DNA of 64,000 nt. Origin: Promethearchaeota archaeon (lineage in GTDB: Archaea; Asgardarchaeota; Lokiarchaeia; Sigyniarchaeales; SOKP01). The position numbers and the translations under genes were made by a program. The stretch spans positions 96,001 to 160,000 of the forward strand of contig JAHPZE010000004.1 of the NCBI GenBank assembly GCA_019058365.1, given 5' to 3'. Shown one piece after another: positions 1 through 10,777 of the stretch. The notes under the pieces were generated by a model. It saw nothing but the letters and a program-made list of their open reading frames with translations, did no database searches and was not told the DNA's origin. Positions within the stretch are counted from its first letter, which is position 1. Every line of letters begins with the position of its first letter.

Positions 1-8
1 TAGAGAAA

Positions 9-1133
9 ATGTGCAGAGTAGCTATCAAAATGATGAAGGTTGCAACGCCTGATCCAGATTTTAAGAATTTACCGGGTTCATTTAAAAACTATCCCGTGGT
101 GAGGGGTTTATTTGATAATAATTTAAAGTATTTGCAAATAGAAGATTCCTTAAATTATGTCAACGATTTGATTAAAATTTGTAAAGAAGATGAGATGGCA
201 ATTTCCCAATCTGGGAACTTTGCATCAAGTTACTCTAAAACGTACATTTTTAATTCTAATGGTTTAAATGTTTCCAGAAAGGAAACAAGTTGTTTAATAT
301 CTTCAAATATCATAGTTAAGAATAAGGTAAGTAAAGAAACATCTTCTGGTTATGAAAGACAAATAGAGAGAAGTCTAAGTAGGTTGAACGCTATAAATGT
401 TGCAAATCTGGCGCTAGAAGATGCTAAAGGGAATCTTAATAGAAAGAAAATTAAAAATATGAATGTGCCGGTAATATTAACTCCAAAGGGTGTAATTAAT
501 TTAATTTTAAGACCTGTTGCTACAGCCATTAATGCAGAGACTTTTCAATATAAAAGAAGCTTCTTAGTAGATAAAAGGGGTGAAAAAATAGGTTCAGAGT
601 TTTTAAATATAGAAGATAATGGATTGATTCATAATGCAGCTGGTTCTCAGATATTTGATGATGAAGGAGTCCCCTGTAAAAATAAAAAGATCTTAGAGAA
701 TGGAAATTTTCTAAAAACTGGATTATTACACAACAGTTATACTGCCGGAAAAGAAGGTGTAGAAAGTACCGGAAATGCTTCTCGGAGTTCTTATATATCA
801 ATCCCATCAATAGGGATTACAAATTTTATTATGAAACCAGGAGATATAAACTTTGAAGAAATTATAAAGGATACAAAAAAAGGAATTATATTAAATTATA
901 CAGGAGATTCTCCTAATATCTCAACTGGTGATTTTTCTGGATTAATTCTTCATGGAAATCTAATTAAAGACGGAGAGATAGAGGAGTCACTGAATGAAAC
1001 AATGATAGGAATAAATTTGATAGATTTATTTCAAAATATTGATGCTGTTTCAAAAGAATTTAGGGTTTATGGTGCATTTCAAGCTCCATGGGTAAGAATA
1101 AAATCTGTGAGCGTAATTGGAGGAGCAAATTAA
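9..1133 (+). CDS. TldD/PmbA family (PmbA/TldE-like) protein, probably 5'-truncated by the window edge
   Basis: FDDEGVP, STGNASR and NISTGDFS motifs typical of the PmbA C-terminal domain; the frame is open to the window start. Confidence 0.85.
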   Translation: MCRVAIKMMKVATPDPDFKNLPGSFKNYPVVRGLFDNNLKYLQIEDSLNYVNDLIKICKEDEMAISQSGNFASSYSKTYIFNSNGLNVSRKETSCLISSNIIVKNKVSKETSSGYERQIERSLSRLNAINVANLALEDAKGNLNRKKIKNMNVPVILTPKGVINLILRPVATAINAETFQYKRSFLVDKRGEKIGSEFLNIEDNGLIHNAAGSQIFDDEGVPCKNKKILENGNFLKTGLLHNSYTAGKEGVESTGNASRSSYISIPSIGITNFIMKPGDINFEEIIKDTKKGIILNYTGDSPNISTGDFSGLILHGNLIKDGEIEESLNETMIGINLIDLFQNIDAVSKEFRVYGAFQAPWVRIKSVSVIGGAN

Positions 1134-1648
1134 TTAGTGATATTTAGCCGTAGATACATAATATTAAAATATTCTTCAGTTTTATTATTTATTTCCCACA
1201 ATTCGGCAATAATTTTCTGATTTACTCCTGCTTCTGCAAATGATATAGAATAATTCCCATAAATTTTCCCTTGATTAGGCTTCAAAGTAAAATTACCTAG
1301 TGTGAGATATAATGTTCCATTTGAGCCAGATGAGCTCAATATAGTATTACTATTACCTTTCTTTATTTTAAATCCGAATGTAAAATTTCTATCTAAATGA
1401 TTTCCAACAGTTAAATGAAATGAAATAGTCTCATTAACAGATGCTTCAGTTGGGTAGTTTTCTGCTTTTTTATCTTCATTTAAAATTCCAAAAGTAACAT
1501 AACCTGGTTCAGGATTCACTAAATAGTATATAATAAAACCTGAAACGATAATGATCCCAATAATCAGACTAATTTTAAGTACTATCTCAAAATGTTTATT
1601 AGAGATTTTTAACTCTTTTTTTTCATTTTTCTTAGTTATCTCGTTCAT
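1130..1648 (-). CDS. DUF1616-type membrane-anchored protein
   Basis: One TM helix then FGILNEDKKAENYPT...VGNH; ATG at 1648 preferred over TTG at 1666. Confidence 0.65.
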   Translation of the reverse strand: MNEITKKNEKKELKISNKHFEIVLKISLIIGIIIVSGFIIYYLVNPEPGYVTFGILNEDKKAENYPTEASVNETISFHLTVGNHLDRNFTFGFKIKKGNSNTILSSSGSNGTLYLTLGNFTLKPNQGKIYGNYSISFAEAGVNQKIIAELWEINNKTEEYFNIMYLRLNITN

Positions 1649-2711
1649 TATCTTTAAACCAAGCAATAGTTTTCTTTAATCCTTCTTCTAGTGACGTTAT
1701 CGGTTCCCAATTGAGAATGGTTTTCGCTTTTGTAATAACAGGGCACCTATATGTAGGGTCATCAATAGGTAATGTTTTAAAAACTATTTTTGAATTGGAG
1801 TTGGCTAATTCTTTTATAATACGAGCAATTTCTAATATAGTATATTCTTTATTATTACCTAAATTAATAACTTCCCCTATAGCTTCATCTTTATATACCA
1901 TTTTTAATATGCCTTCAATTTCATCTACAACGTAAGTAAAAGATCTCGTTTGTGAACCATCTCCAAATACAGTTATATCTTCGTCATGAAGTGCTTGATG
2001 GATAAAATTAGGAACAACTCTTCCAAACGCTGGACCATGTCTTATCCTAGGTCCTGAAGTATTAAAAATCCTTACTATTTTCGCTCTCATTTTATGTTGA
2101 AGTTCATAAGCTTTAATAAAAGCTTCTCCAGCTCGTTTTGATTCATCATAACAACTTCTAGGGCCAACAGGATTTACATTTCCAAAATAACTTTCTGGTG
2201 TTGGAATAGCTTCTTTTGGAGGATTTCCATAGACTTCAGATGTGCTTGTGTAAAAGAAAATTGCATTATGGAATTTAGCAATTCCTAAAGAATTCAATGT
2301 TCCTAGTGTATTACTTCTGAGTATAGATATAGGTTCTTCCTGAAATTCAAACGGAGATGCTCTACTGGCCATATGCATAATTATATCAATTTTTTTGATA
2401 TCTGCTACACATATGCCTAATGGGTGATAACTCATCCCAAAATATATTGGATATGAAATATCATGATTGATAAAACGAAAATTGTCGTTTTGCATTAAAT
2501 GTAATATATTTTCAGGTTTCCCAGAGGATAAATTATCTAAACAGATACAATGTGCCCCCTGTTCAATTAAAACATCACAAACCCAAGAGCCCAGAAAACC
2601 TGCGCCCCCGGTTACTAAAATTGTTTTTCCTTCAAAAGTTATATTATCATTTCTAAGTCTTTTTATTATCTCTTGAATGTCTTGGCTAATATCATAATTC
2701 AAATTTAACAA
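1632..2711 (-). CDS. UDP-glucuronate decarboxylase-like NAD-dependent epimerase/dehydratase
   Basis: VTGGAGFLGS, STSEVYG, GPRSCYDESKR, GDGSQTRSF motifs. Confidence 0.9.
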   Translation of the reverse strand: MLNLNYDISQDIQEIIKRLRNDNITFEGKTILVTGGAGFLGSWVCDVLIEQGAHCICLDNLSSGKPENILHLMQNDNFRFINHDISYPIYFGMSYHPLGICVADIKKIDIIMHMASRASPFEFQEEPISILRSNTLGTLNSLGIAKFHNAIFFYTSTSEVYGNPPKEAIPTPESYFGNVNPVGPRSCYDESKRAGEAFIKAYELQHKMRAKIVRIFNTSGPRIRHGPAFGRVVPNFIHQALHDEDITVFGDGSQTRSFTYVVDEIEGILKMVYKDEAIGEVINLGNNKEYTILEIARIIKELANSNSKIVFKTLPIDDPTYRCPVITKAKTILNWEPITSLEEGLKKTIAWFKDNERDN

Positions 2712-2878
2712 CCTTAGAACGTATTATTATAGTTTTTCTTATTAATTGTATTAAATAAATTTTTCTTTAAGCTAAAAACTGTTTTAAAAGATCTAGTTAT
2801 AGGAACTAGCAATAATTTTATAATTTTAAAAAGGGAAAACAGTTAAAAGACATACGAAAAAATAACAAAAAAGGATAT

Positions 2879-3463
2879 TTAATTTGACTTAGAACCACAA
2901 TATTGACAGAATTTTAATTCTAACGGATAATGTTTTCCACAATTTGAACATCTCTTTAATGAATTTTTAAGAATTTCTCTCCCCAACATTTCAAAAGCTT
3001 TTTCAACATTTTCACCTGTTTTTGCCGAAGTACTTAACATTTCTCCTTGAAATTTAAACTTATCAAAAATTTCTAGTGCTTTTTCTCTTTTTACTTTTCT
3101 CACTAAATCACTCTTCGCTTCGATTAATATTTTTGTTTTGGGAGAATTAGGTACAGAAGAAATTACATTGATCCAATCATATAAATCATTTAAAGAGTCT
3201 TCATTTGTAATATCATATAACATTAAAGCTCCAGAAGCTCCAGATACATAAGAAGGAAAGAGGAGTCGAAATTTCTTTTCACCAGCGAAGTCCCAAATAT
3301 TAAGCAGGATCTCAGTATCATCTACAACTACTTTTTTTGTTTCAAAATCAACACCAATCGTAGATAATGTAGATCTTTCGAATTTACCCGTAGCAAAGCG
3401 GCGAAGCAAACTGGTTTTTCCTACATTTTTAGCTCCAGCAACAACAACCTTAAATTTTATCAT
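2879..3463 (-). CDS. Rab-like small GTPase with C-terminal zinc ribbon
   Basis: GAKNVGKTS, TIGVDF, WDFAG, SAKTGENV; C-terminal CSNC-x10-CQYC. Confidence 0.9.
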   Translation of the reverse strand: MIKFKVVVAGAKNVGKTSLLRRFATGKFERSTLSTIGVDFETKKVVVDDTEILLNIWDFAGEKKFRLLFPSYVSGASGALMLYDITNEDSLNDLYDWINVISSVPNSPKTKILIEAKSDLVRKVKREKALEIFDKFKFQGEMLSTSAKTGENVEKAFEMLGREILKNSLKRCSNCGKHYPLELKFCQYCGSKSN

Positions 3464-3597
3464 ATCCTCTCTCGCTCAACTTTTTTTGAATATGTATCCT
3501 TACTCAATAAAATTCAATAATATTATAAATTATTATTGAAAATATTAAAAATCTTTTTTATTGTTTTAATAAATTAGGGATTTTATATTATTCGAAT

Positions 3598-5943
3598 TTA
3601 GGACTTATTTTTGTATTCATATCTGCCAATTTTATAAATTTGTTGAGCGATTTTTTTACCAACATTCTCAATTTTCGTTAAATCTGGAATATCAGCTAAG
3701 AAAATATTTTGTAATGTTTTTAATTCTTTCAATAAGCTTTTTGCCCGAAGAGTATTTACACCAGGTATTCCCGCTACAATATATTCTAATAGGCGAGACG
3801 TATCAATAGGCGCTTTATCAAATCTTAATTTTGATGACGATTTGGTAACTGATTGTTCTTTTTTTGCTAATTGATATAAAAATTTTGCTGTCTCTATAGA
3901 ATCTTCTGTTCTATAGATTGAGATGCCTAAGTTAACTAATATAGCAGTTATTGCTCCGTAAAGAGCATTTTCACTAATAGTTGAATCTTTAAAAGGATCA
4001 CCTTCTAAAATTAATATTGGCCTTGAAAAATGTTCCCCGAGATCGCTTAATTCGGTAAATAATCTTCCATCAATGATAGAATCATTAAAATCTTTACTCG
4101 ATTTTCTTTCAACCCCGACTCTTTCTGAAATAACGTAATCCGCAACTGCTAATTGCTCTAATTTTAAATTTATACCTATTAGTGATAAAGTTCTTACTAC
4201 TGAAGAAGCGGTTTCACGATTATCACAGATGATCTCATAATTATCAGCATCTTCAATCTTCTTTATCGAACTTAGATCTGGACTATCTATTTCAATTGAT
4301 TCAATTTCTTCTTCTTTTTCATTAATTATGAAATTTAGGAGATTAGATTGTTCTGATTTTGATATTAACTCAGAATTTTTAATTTTTTCTAAACTTTCCT
4401 TCATATTCCTTTCTTTAGCTTTTTCTGCCCAATAATATCCTTCATCTCGAGTACCTTCTGCCATTAATACAAAAACCTTACCCTCCTTTTTTCTACCTGT
4501 TCGGCCACGACGTTGAATAGAACGTATAGCACTCGGAACAACATCATAAAAAATTACTAAATCACATTCTTCAATATCTAATCCTTCTTCAGCGACACTT
4601 GTCCCAACTAAAGTATTATATATTCCCTCCTTGAATTCATTAAGCAACGTTATTTGTTCTTTTTGTGTTAATCCTTTATCTATTCCTCTCGTTGCTTGTC
4701 CTACGAACTTATGCATTTTAATTATCTCATCTTCTTCAAAATATTTTACTATATTATTAACAGAATCCCTAAAATGACAAAAAACTAGAATCCTCGAATC
4801 AGGATTTTCTTTTATTTGATTAATTAAAAGTGCTTTTAACTTCTCTATTTTTGGGTGGACTAATCCTCTAGAATAGAGATCTTCTGTTAACTTTTTAGCT
4901 TGTTTAAAATCTTTATCAATAAATAATTCTTTTAATGATTTGTTTGCTGTATTATTTTTAATCTTCTCTTCGTTCTTGTTAAAATAATCTTTAAGAGCGC
5001 TTATACCTTGAGTTTCTATTAATTCAGTCATATGTGATAGTCTGATGGCATTAGCTGACACCTTTTTAGCATTAAACATATGGAATTTTTCATCATTATC
5101 TCTTGCTGTAGAAATTCTTCGATTTATTATATTATCTAGCTTTAATAAATCCTTTCTAGTGATTTTATGTATATCATAAGAGCCTAATAAATCGTTTTCT
5201 TTTAAGATTCTATAACATGATTTTAATTTCTCTTCTAGTATCATTTTAACTTCTAAAAATTCAGAGGGGAGCTTAACTTTTATCCATTCATTATCTACTT
5301 TATGAATATATGGCTTAACATCTAAATCCTTCTCTGTCCTAATTTCGATATGGTTAATAAATAAATTTTTTTTAATCTCATTAATTTTACCTTCAGTTGA
5401 GCCAGGACTCGCAGTAAGTCCTAAAATTCGAGAATTCTTTGAGATATCAATATATTTCTTAGCGAGAAAACAATAAGCATAATCTCCTATTGCTCTATGA
5501 CACTCGTCAAAAATCATTAAGGAAACATCTTTAATCGAATATAATCCTGAAATAAGGTCATTTTGAAGTACTTGAGGTGTCATAAAAGCAACTTTTATGT
5601 TTACCCAAAGACTTTCTCGTTTTTCAGGAGCAATTGACCCCGTAAGAGAGATAAGTGATTCTTCAGGAAGATTAGTTAATTCTAAAAATGACTTATAGTG
5701 TTGTTCTACTAAAGGTTTAGTAGGTGCTAAAAGGATTACTTTTGAATCTTCGATTTCTGTTAATCTTTGTACAGTAAGCATTAAAGCTATAACTGTTTTG
5801 CCTAAACCTGTAGGAATGACAACTAAGCAGTTCTTATTTAGACAATTAATAAAAATATTCTCTTGGTATTCCCGTCGAGATATCAAATTTTGCTTAATAA
5901 GAGGGTGAGAAATAAATTCTTCGTTTGGAGTTACGAAAATCAC
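3598..5943 (-). CDS. hef: Hef (FANCM-like) DEAH helicase / ERCC4 nuclease
   Basis: PTGLGKT, DECH, QRRGRTGR helicase motifs; ERKSxxD ERCC4 nuclease; C-terminal HhH pair. Confidence 0.95.
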   Translation of the reverse strand: MIFVTPNEEFISHPLIKQNLISRREYQENIFINCLNKNCLVVIPTGLGKTVIALMLTVQRLTEIEDSKVILLAPTKPLVEQHYKSFLELTNLPEESLISLTGSIAPEKRESLWVNIKVAFMTPQVLQNDLISGLYSIKDVSLMIFDECHRAIGDYAYCFLAKKYIDISKNSRILGLTASPGSTEGKINEIKKNLFINHIEIRTEKDLDVKPYIHKVDNEWIKVKLPSEFLEVKMILEEKLKSCYRILKENDLLGSYDIHKITRKDLLKLDNIINRRISTARDNDEKFHMFNAKKVSANAIRLSHMTELIETQGISALKDYFNKNEEKIKNNTANKSLKELFIDKDFKQAKKLTEDLYSRGLVHPKIEKLKALLINQIKENPDSRILVFCHFRDSVNNIVKYFEEDEIIKMHKFVGQATRGIDKGLTQKEQITLLNEFKEGIYNTLVGTSVAEEGLDIEECDLVIFYDVVPSAIRSIQRRGRTGRKKEGKVFVLMAEGTRDEGYYWAEKAKERNMKESLEKIKNSELISKSEQSNLLNFIINEKEEEIESIEIDSPDLSSIKKIEDADNYEIICDNRETASSVVRTLSLIGINLKLEQLAVADYVISERVGVERKSSKDFNDSIIDGRLFTELSDLGEHFSRPILILEGDPFKDSTISENALYGAITAILVNLGISIYRTEDSIETAKFLYQLAKKEQSVTKSSSKLRFDKAPIDTSRLLEYIVAGIPGVNTLRAKSLLKELKTLQNIFLADIPDLTKIENVGKKIAQQIYKIGRYEYKNKS

Positions 5944-6134
5944 CAGTAAATATAGAAATATTTTAGCTTTTGATTATAAAATTTAATTGAAATATTTAAA
6001 ATAACAGACTATATAAGATCATTAAAAAATGCCTAAATTCTTAAATTGAATTAACAATAATTTAATAAATTAAATTAGTTAAAGAAGAAAGTAATATTTA
6101 ATTCGTATCGCTTATTATTCTTAAATACAAACAA

Positions 6135-6238
6135 GCGCGGGTGGTCTAGTGGCATGACGACAAGTATTTTACATATCGCATCTACACCGTTAAACGCTCA
6201 CACCGTGTAAATCAGGGGTTCAATTCCCCTCCTGCGCA
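6135..6238 (+). tRNA. tRNA-Val(CAC) with a 32-nt intron at non-canonical position 28/29 (6162-6193)
   Basis: Acceptor GCGCGGG/CCTGCGC-A, T arm AGGGG-TTCAATT-CCCCT; removing 6162-6193 restores anticodon arm ACACG-CT-CAC-AC-CGTGT. Confidence 0.88.
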
Positions 6239-6349
6239 CTTATAAACCTTATTATCATTTTATACGTATTAAAACTAACTAAAAACCAAAAAAGTTATAT
6301 GAAATCAAATATTTTAAAGTTTTAAATTACTCCTTTTTTAGTCTTAATC

Positions 6350-6652
6350 ATGTCTAGTTTCTTAGAGTCTCGAGAATTACGTAAAGAATATAAGAAAGTC
6401 AGAAACTATGTAAAGATTGGACCGATATTTTTAACTAGATATGAAAAAGCAAGGATCGTGGGGGCAAGGGCTCTACAAATTTCATTTGGAGCTCCTATTT
6501 TACTTGAAAAGCCTAAAGGTTTAATAGATCCAATAAAAATCGCTCAGATAGAGTTAAGATCAAGAATCTTACCATTGACTATCAGACGTGAAAATCCCAG
6601 TGGAGAGTACCAAGATATAGCCATAAATAAACTGATTTTGAAAAAAGATTAA
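6350..6652 (+). CDS. rpoK: DNA-directed RNA polymerase subunit K (Rpo6/RPB6)
   Basis: LTRYEKARIVGARALQIS...LPLTIRR signature. Confidence 0.96.
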   Translation: MSSFLESRELRKEYKKVRNYVKIGPIFLTRYEKARIVGARALQISFGAPILLEKPKGLIDPIKIAQIELRSRILPLTIRRENPSGEYQDIAINKLILKKD

Positions 6653-6754
6653 GATTATCTTTTGTATTATATATCTCGGCCCGAAGTCTTTCTTTATAGA
6701 AGTTTTATGAATAAAAATTTGTTAACAATATCAATCCTATAAAAATTAAATAAA

Positions 6755-7210
6755 TTATTGAATACGATATTTTCCTCGTTCAGTTAAAAAGTAAACATTT
6801 TTCTCGCCAACCATTTGAGATTCTATATAGCCTTTTGAAATTAAATTCTCAAGAATTTCTTCTAATTCTGCTTTTTTAAAACCAGGTATTCCTAAAGGTA
6901 TTCTTGACTGGTTGGCGATTATAGCAATTCGTTCTAAAAATAATCTTTTATTCATAAATGTTTCAAGGATTGTAATTTCATCATTTGAAAGTCTTTCGAA
7001 TTGATCATGCTCTAAATAGCGCTCCTTTAAAGTTTGTGCGAGATCTCTTGCTTCTGGGCTTATATCTTGCTTTTTCACTTCGACGTGCTTTAATGTAACT
7101 AAATCTTTTGCTACGGGCTTTTTTGATTGTTCATTAACTTTATCTTTATTATCGCTTTCTTTTTGAGATGGTTTATTGTTTTTATTTTCCATATTATTAC
7201 CATAAGGCAT
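6755..7210 (-). CDS. hypothetical protein with C-terminal winged-helix domain
   Basis: LENLISKGYIES...VYFLTERG wing pattern. Confidence 0.6.
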   Translation of the reverse strand: MPYGNNMENKNNKPSQKESDNKDKVNEQSKKPVAKDLVTLKHVEVKKQDISPEARDLAQTLKERYLEHDQFERLSNDEITILETFMNKRLFLERIAIIANQSRIPLGIPGFKKAELEEILENLISKGYIESQMVGEKNVYFLTERGKYRIQ

Positions 7211-7237
7211 ATAATTATAAAAATTTATATTTAAATA

Positions 7238-7825
7238 ATGAAAAGGCTCTTAAAGTTAAAATCTGGAGAAAATATCATTATCAAACATTTAACTAAATTA
7301 GATGTTGATGGTGTTTGGTATAATTTTAATGAAGTAATAGAGGAGGGTAGTTATTTACCGGTATTTTTTCCCGTGAGATCTCAATTAGAGAAAGATTCAT
7401 GGTATCGTAATATTAAAAAAGGAAATGAAATTTGTATTGTAGGTGAAAACCTCGACCTTAAAGCACCTTATAACATTATTGGACAATGTGAGGTTTTAAA
7501 CTCTGACTGGGATGCAGCAGAACATGTTGGAGTTTTAGGTATTGTTATAAGAGATAAGTATAGAGATTTAACTATTGGAAGGAATCTTATTGACTTTGCT
7601 ATACGAGAATCAAAAATATTAAATAATAAAGAAAAAATCATTTTGAGCAGTTTTTCAACTAATAAAAGGGCACTCCATCTATTCAAAAAATTAGGTTTTG
7701 AAGTTATTGGAGTAAGAAAAAAACAATTTCTTATGGATTCAATATATATCGACGAGGTTATGATGGAATTATGGATAGACGACTATCTCAATGAAAATAA
7801 ACAGAACTTTACGATTGATTTATAA
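7238..7825 (+). CDS. GNAT family N-acetyltransferase
   Basis: YRDLTIGRNL acetyl-CoA loop, N-x-RALHLFKKLGF. Confidence 0.85.
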   Translation: MKRLLKLKSGENIIIKHLTKLDVDGVWYNFNEVIEEGSYLPVFFPVRSQLEKDSWYRNIKKGNEICIVGENLDLKAPYNIIGQCEVLNSDWDAAEHVGVLGIVIRDKYRDLTIGRNLIDFAIRESKILNNKEKIILSSFSTNKRALHLFKKLGFEVIGVRKKQFLMDSIYIDEVMMELWIDDYLNENKQNFTIDL

Positions 7826-7897
7826 CAACCTTATATAACTAAACGAGAAGAAGATGTTCTTATATACAACCTTATTAATAAGAATATGCTTTTAAAC

Positions 7898-9340
7898 TCA
7901 GGGATACTTAAATCTCTTCTTGAATTGTTCCCAACTTTGTGTATCTAAAGGATTCTCATTTAAAAATAAGAAATTCAGACTTTTCAAGCTTTCTATGTTT
8001 TCATTGTTAAATTTTGATATTTGGTTTCGGCCTAAATGTAACATAATTAGATTATTTAAACCCTCTAAACCCTCTAATTCCTTAATATTATTGTTATCCA
8101 GATATAATTCTTGTAAATTATTTAAAATTTTTAACCCTTCAATTTTATTAATCCTATTGTTAGATAATTCTATTTTCTTTAAGTTCACTTGAGTATCAAG
8201 GGCCTCAATTTTTCCTATTAAATTATTTGAGAGGTATAACCCCTTCAATTTAATAAGAGATGACAAACCAGCAATTTGATTAATTTTATTATCATTAAGA
8301 TACAACCACATCAAATTTTTTAAATTATTAAGTCCTCTCATCTGTTTAATTTGATTAAACGCAAGATTTAATCTATTTAACTGCTCTAAACAATCTAAAT
8401 TCTTAATTTCTGAAATATTGTTATGACTTAGATTCAATTCTTCTAATTTTGCTAAATTAGTTAAATTGTCAATTTCCTTAATTTCGTTATTATTCAGAGA
8501 TAATTTTTTCAAATGATGTAAAGAATCTAAGTTATGTATTCTACGAATTTTATTATTCGATAAATTCAAATCTTCTAAATTGTTTAAACTCTCTAAATTT
8601 TCGATCTTTCCTAATTTATTATAAGATAAATCTAAAGTCCGCAGTTTTGTTAGAATTTGGATTCCATCTATACTTTCAAGTTTATTGCGCGCTAATTGAA
8701 GATATTCTAAATTAAATAAACTTTTTAGTTCTAAAATATCAGATACTTTATTTAAATTAGAACTCTCACAATTTAAAGCATACATTTTTCCCTTTCTTAA
8801 AGTTACATGATATCCGCATTTTTTTGTATAAAACTCATTTAAAATCAAATTAATACATACTTCAAGAAACGGTTCAGGGATGGCGTCTTTAAGATTAAAA
8901 CTGTAGATTTCTTGTAAAAAATTACTATTTTTATCGCTAATTTCATTTTTAATTAAATTCTTAAGATATTCAATTACTGCTTTTCGAGCTTTCACACTAT
9001 TTATCGAATTTAAGGTTCTTACTGCATAAAGTCGCAATTCTACGTTATCAACTTTGTTTAGCGTATATTCCAACAAGGAGAGTAATTTCTTGTTGTTCGA
9101 ATACTTTTCTTTTAAAATTTGTCCAGCAATTAATCTAATTTGAAGATTTTCATCAGATAGAAATAATTGTTCAAAAAATTTGAAGTTCCTACCCTCTTCA
9201 ATTATACCATAGCTTTTTAGAGCTTTTTGTCGTATGATTGAATCACTTGAACTGTCAATCCATTCCCTTAAAAGAGCTAAATTTTCTTTCTTTCCTATTT
9301 GCTCTAACTTTTCTTTTATGAAATCTGGATTTAGTTCCAT
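7898..9340 (-). CDS. SDS22-like leucine-rich repeat protein with helical (HEAT-like) N-terminus
   Basis: About 12 LxxLxLxxNxIxxIxxL repeats. Confidence 0.88.
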   Translation of the reverse strand: MELNPDFIKEKLEQIGKKENLALLREWIDSSSDSIIRQKALKSYGIIEEGRNFKFFEQLFLSDENLQIRLIAGQILKEKYSNNKKLLSLLEYTLNKVDNVELRLYAVRTLNSINSVKARKAVIEYLKNLIKNEISDKNSNFLQEIYSFNLKDAIPEPFLEVCINLILNEFYTKKCGYHVTLRKGKMYALNCESSNLNKVSDILELKSLFNLEYLQLARNKLESIDGIQILTKLRTLDLSYNKLGKIENLESLNNLEDLNLSNNKIRRIHNLDSLHHLKKLSLNNNEIKEIDNLTNLAKLEELNLSHNNISEIKNLDCLEQLNRLNLAFNQIKQMRGLNNLKNLMWLYLNDNKINQIAGLSSLIKLKGLYLSNNLIGKIEALDTQVNLKKIELSNNRINKIEGLKILNNLQELYLDNNNIKELEGLEGLNNLIMLHLGRNQISKFNNENIESLKSLNFLFLNENPLDTQSWEQFKKRFKYP

Positions 9341-9454
9341 TTTAATTAATTATTAATTCAAAATATTCGATATTGGCTTAAGATTTTATAAATGATAGAA
9401 AGAGTAAAAATCTAATCAACAACAATTCATTGATAAAAGTAAATTTTTCGCAAT

Positions 9455-9715
9455 TTACATCTTATTAAGTGTTTTTGAATCGTCTATAATATCAACATCT
9501 TTTTCCTCTTTGCCTTCAACCTCTTCCTTTAATGTTTTTGAAGGTTTTGATTCATCAAAGGGAGTATTACATATCCAACACACATTTTCAGAATCAGTTA
9601 GAGCCGTAGAACACTTTAAACAGTAAAATGTCTTGCATTCAGGGCAAACATAAGTATTTCTTAAGATTTCGCTTTTACACACAATACAAATTTACTTTTC
9701 TTTAGAAGCTGAAAC
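9455..9715 (-). pseudogene. C-terminal remnant of a Cys-rich zinc-finger protein
   Basis: Frame reads VSASKEK*ICIVCKSE...CPEC..YC..C...CWIC with an in-frame TAA at 9692-9694 and no upstream gene body. Confidence 0.65.
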
Positions 9716-9741
9716 TAATTAGTACGCAATTTCAAAACATC

Positions 9742-9831
9742 AATACAATAAAAAAAGAAAAATAAAAAACTTATAATATTTATTCCCATGAATTTTGAAT
9801 GAAACCACTTAACGGGTTAGAAGCATCTGTG
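9742..9831 (-). repeat. orphan copy of the lokiactin 3' end (HRCF*) plus terminator region
   Basis: Ungapped 75/90 match to 15890-15979 (45/46 in the T-tract part). Confidence 0.9.
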
Positions 9832-10036
9832 GGAAACTAGTGGCAATGGAAATAGAGCTTTTTGAAACAACAGCTGAATCGACGAATTTAACTGGCTCAT
9901 GAATCATCTTATTCATAATTTGACAATATAATAAATAAAGATATCAATTATAGATATATTAATTAAGTTCATTTTAGATATAACTTAACATAGAAAAAGA
10001 CAAATTAAAAAAAAAGGAATTATTTGGTATATATTA

Positions 10037-10672
10037 ATGGATTATAATGAATTTCAAGCTCAAAGCATTAAATTAACTGAGGCTCTTAAAAAATACTTAA
10101 ATAAAAAAAATTTTCTTTATTATTTCGAAGATAGCATTCCTGATAGAGCTCTAAGAAGACCCGACATTATAGGACAAGAAAATAAAGAAATGGTATTTTA
10201 TGAGATTAAATCTGGAAAACACATCAATTTTTTTGGAGTTTTAGAGCAATTAAATCAATACATTCAAGAAGGAAAATATAAGAAAGGGTATTTGGTTATT
10301 TCTAAAGGGGTTAATATACCAACTAGAGCTAAGAAATTATATAAAGAGCAAGGATTTGGTATATTGGAATTAGATATAAGTAAAGTTGAACCAGAACCTA
10401 AAAAGATCTTAGAATCAGAGGATCATACGAAAAAAAGTAAAGAATTCATAGAATATAGTAAATATAGGAGTGAATGGGCACAAAAACACCCTGGAAGTTT
10501 ATCTTATCTCAAAGAGATCCTAATTTTTGTATTATGTGGAGAATTTTTAGTCAATGGAATTTGGGACTTAGTTTCTACACAAAATCTTATTTATTTATGG
10601 GTGGTAATCCCAACTAGTATTATTTTAGTTTTAGTATTTTTTTATCTTTACAGAAAAGAAAATAGAAACTAA
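10037..10672 (+). CDS. PD-(D/E)XK nuclease-like protein with two C-terminal TM helices
   Basis: RRPDII...FYEIKS motif; two hydrophobic C-terminal segments. Confidence 0.6.
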   Translation: MDYNEFQAQSIKLTEALKKYLNKKNFLYYFEDSIPDRALRRPDIIGQENKEMVFYEIKSGKHINFFGVLEQLNQYIQEGKYKKGYLVISKGVNIPTRAKKLYKEQGFGILELDISKVEPEPKKILESEDHTKKSKEFIEYSKYRSEWAQKHPGSLSYLKEILIFVLCGEFLVNGIWDLVSTQNLIYLWVVIPTSIILVLVFFYLYRKENRN

Positions 10673-10777
10673 TAGCAAAACGAATTGAAATGGCTGAAAA
10701 ACCTTATAATAAGGATGTCTTAAAAAGGAATTCTCATTTATTAGTAATCATCTATAAATAATAAGCTAGAAAATATT

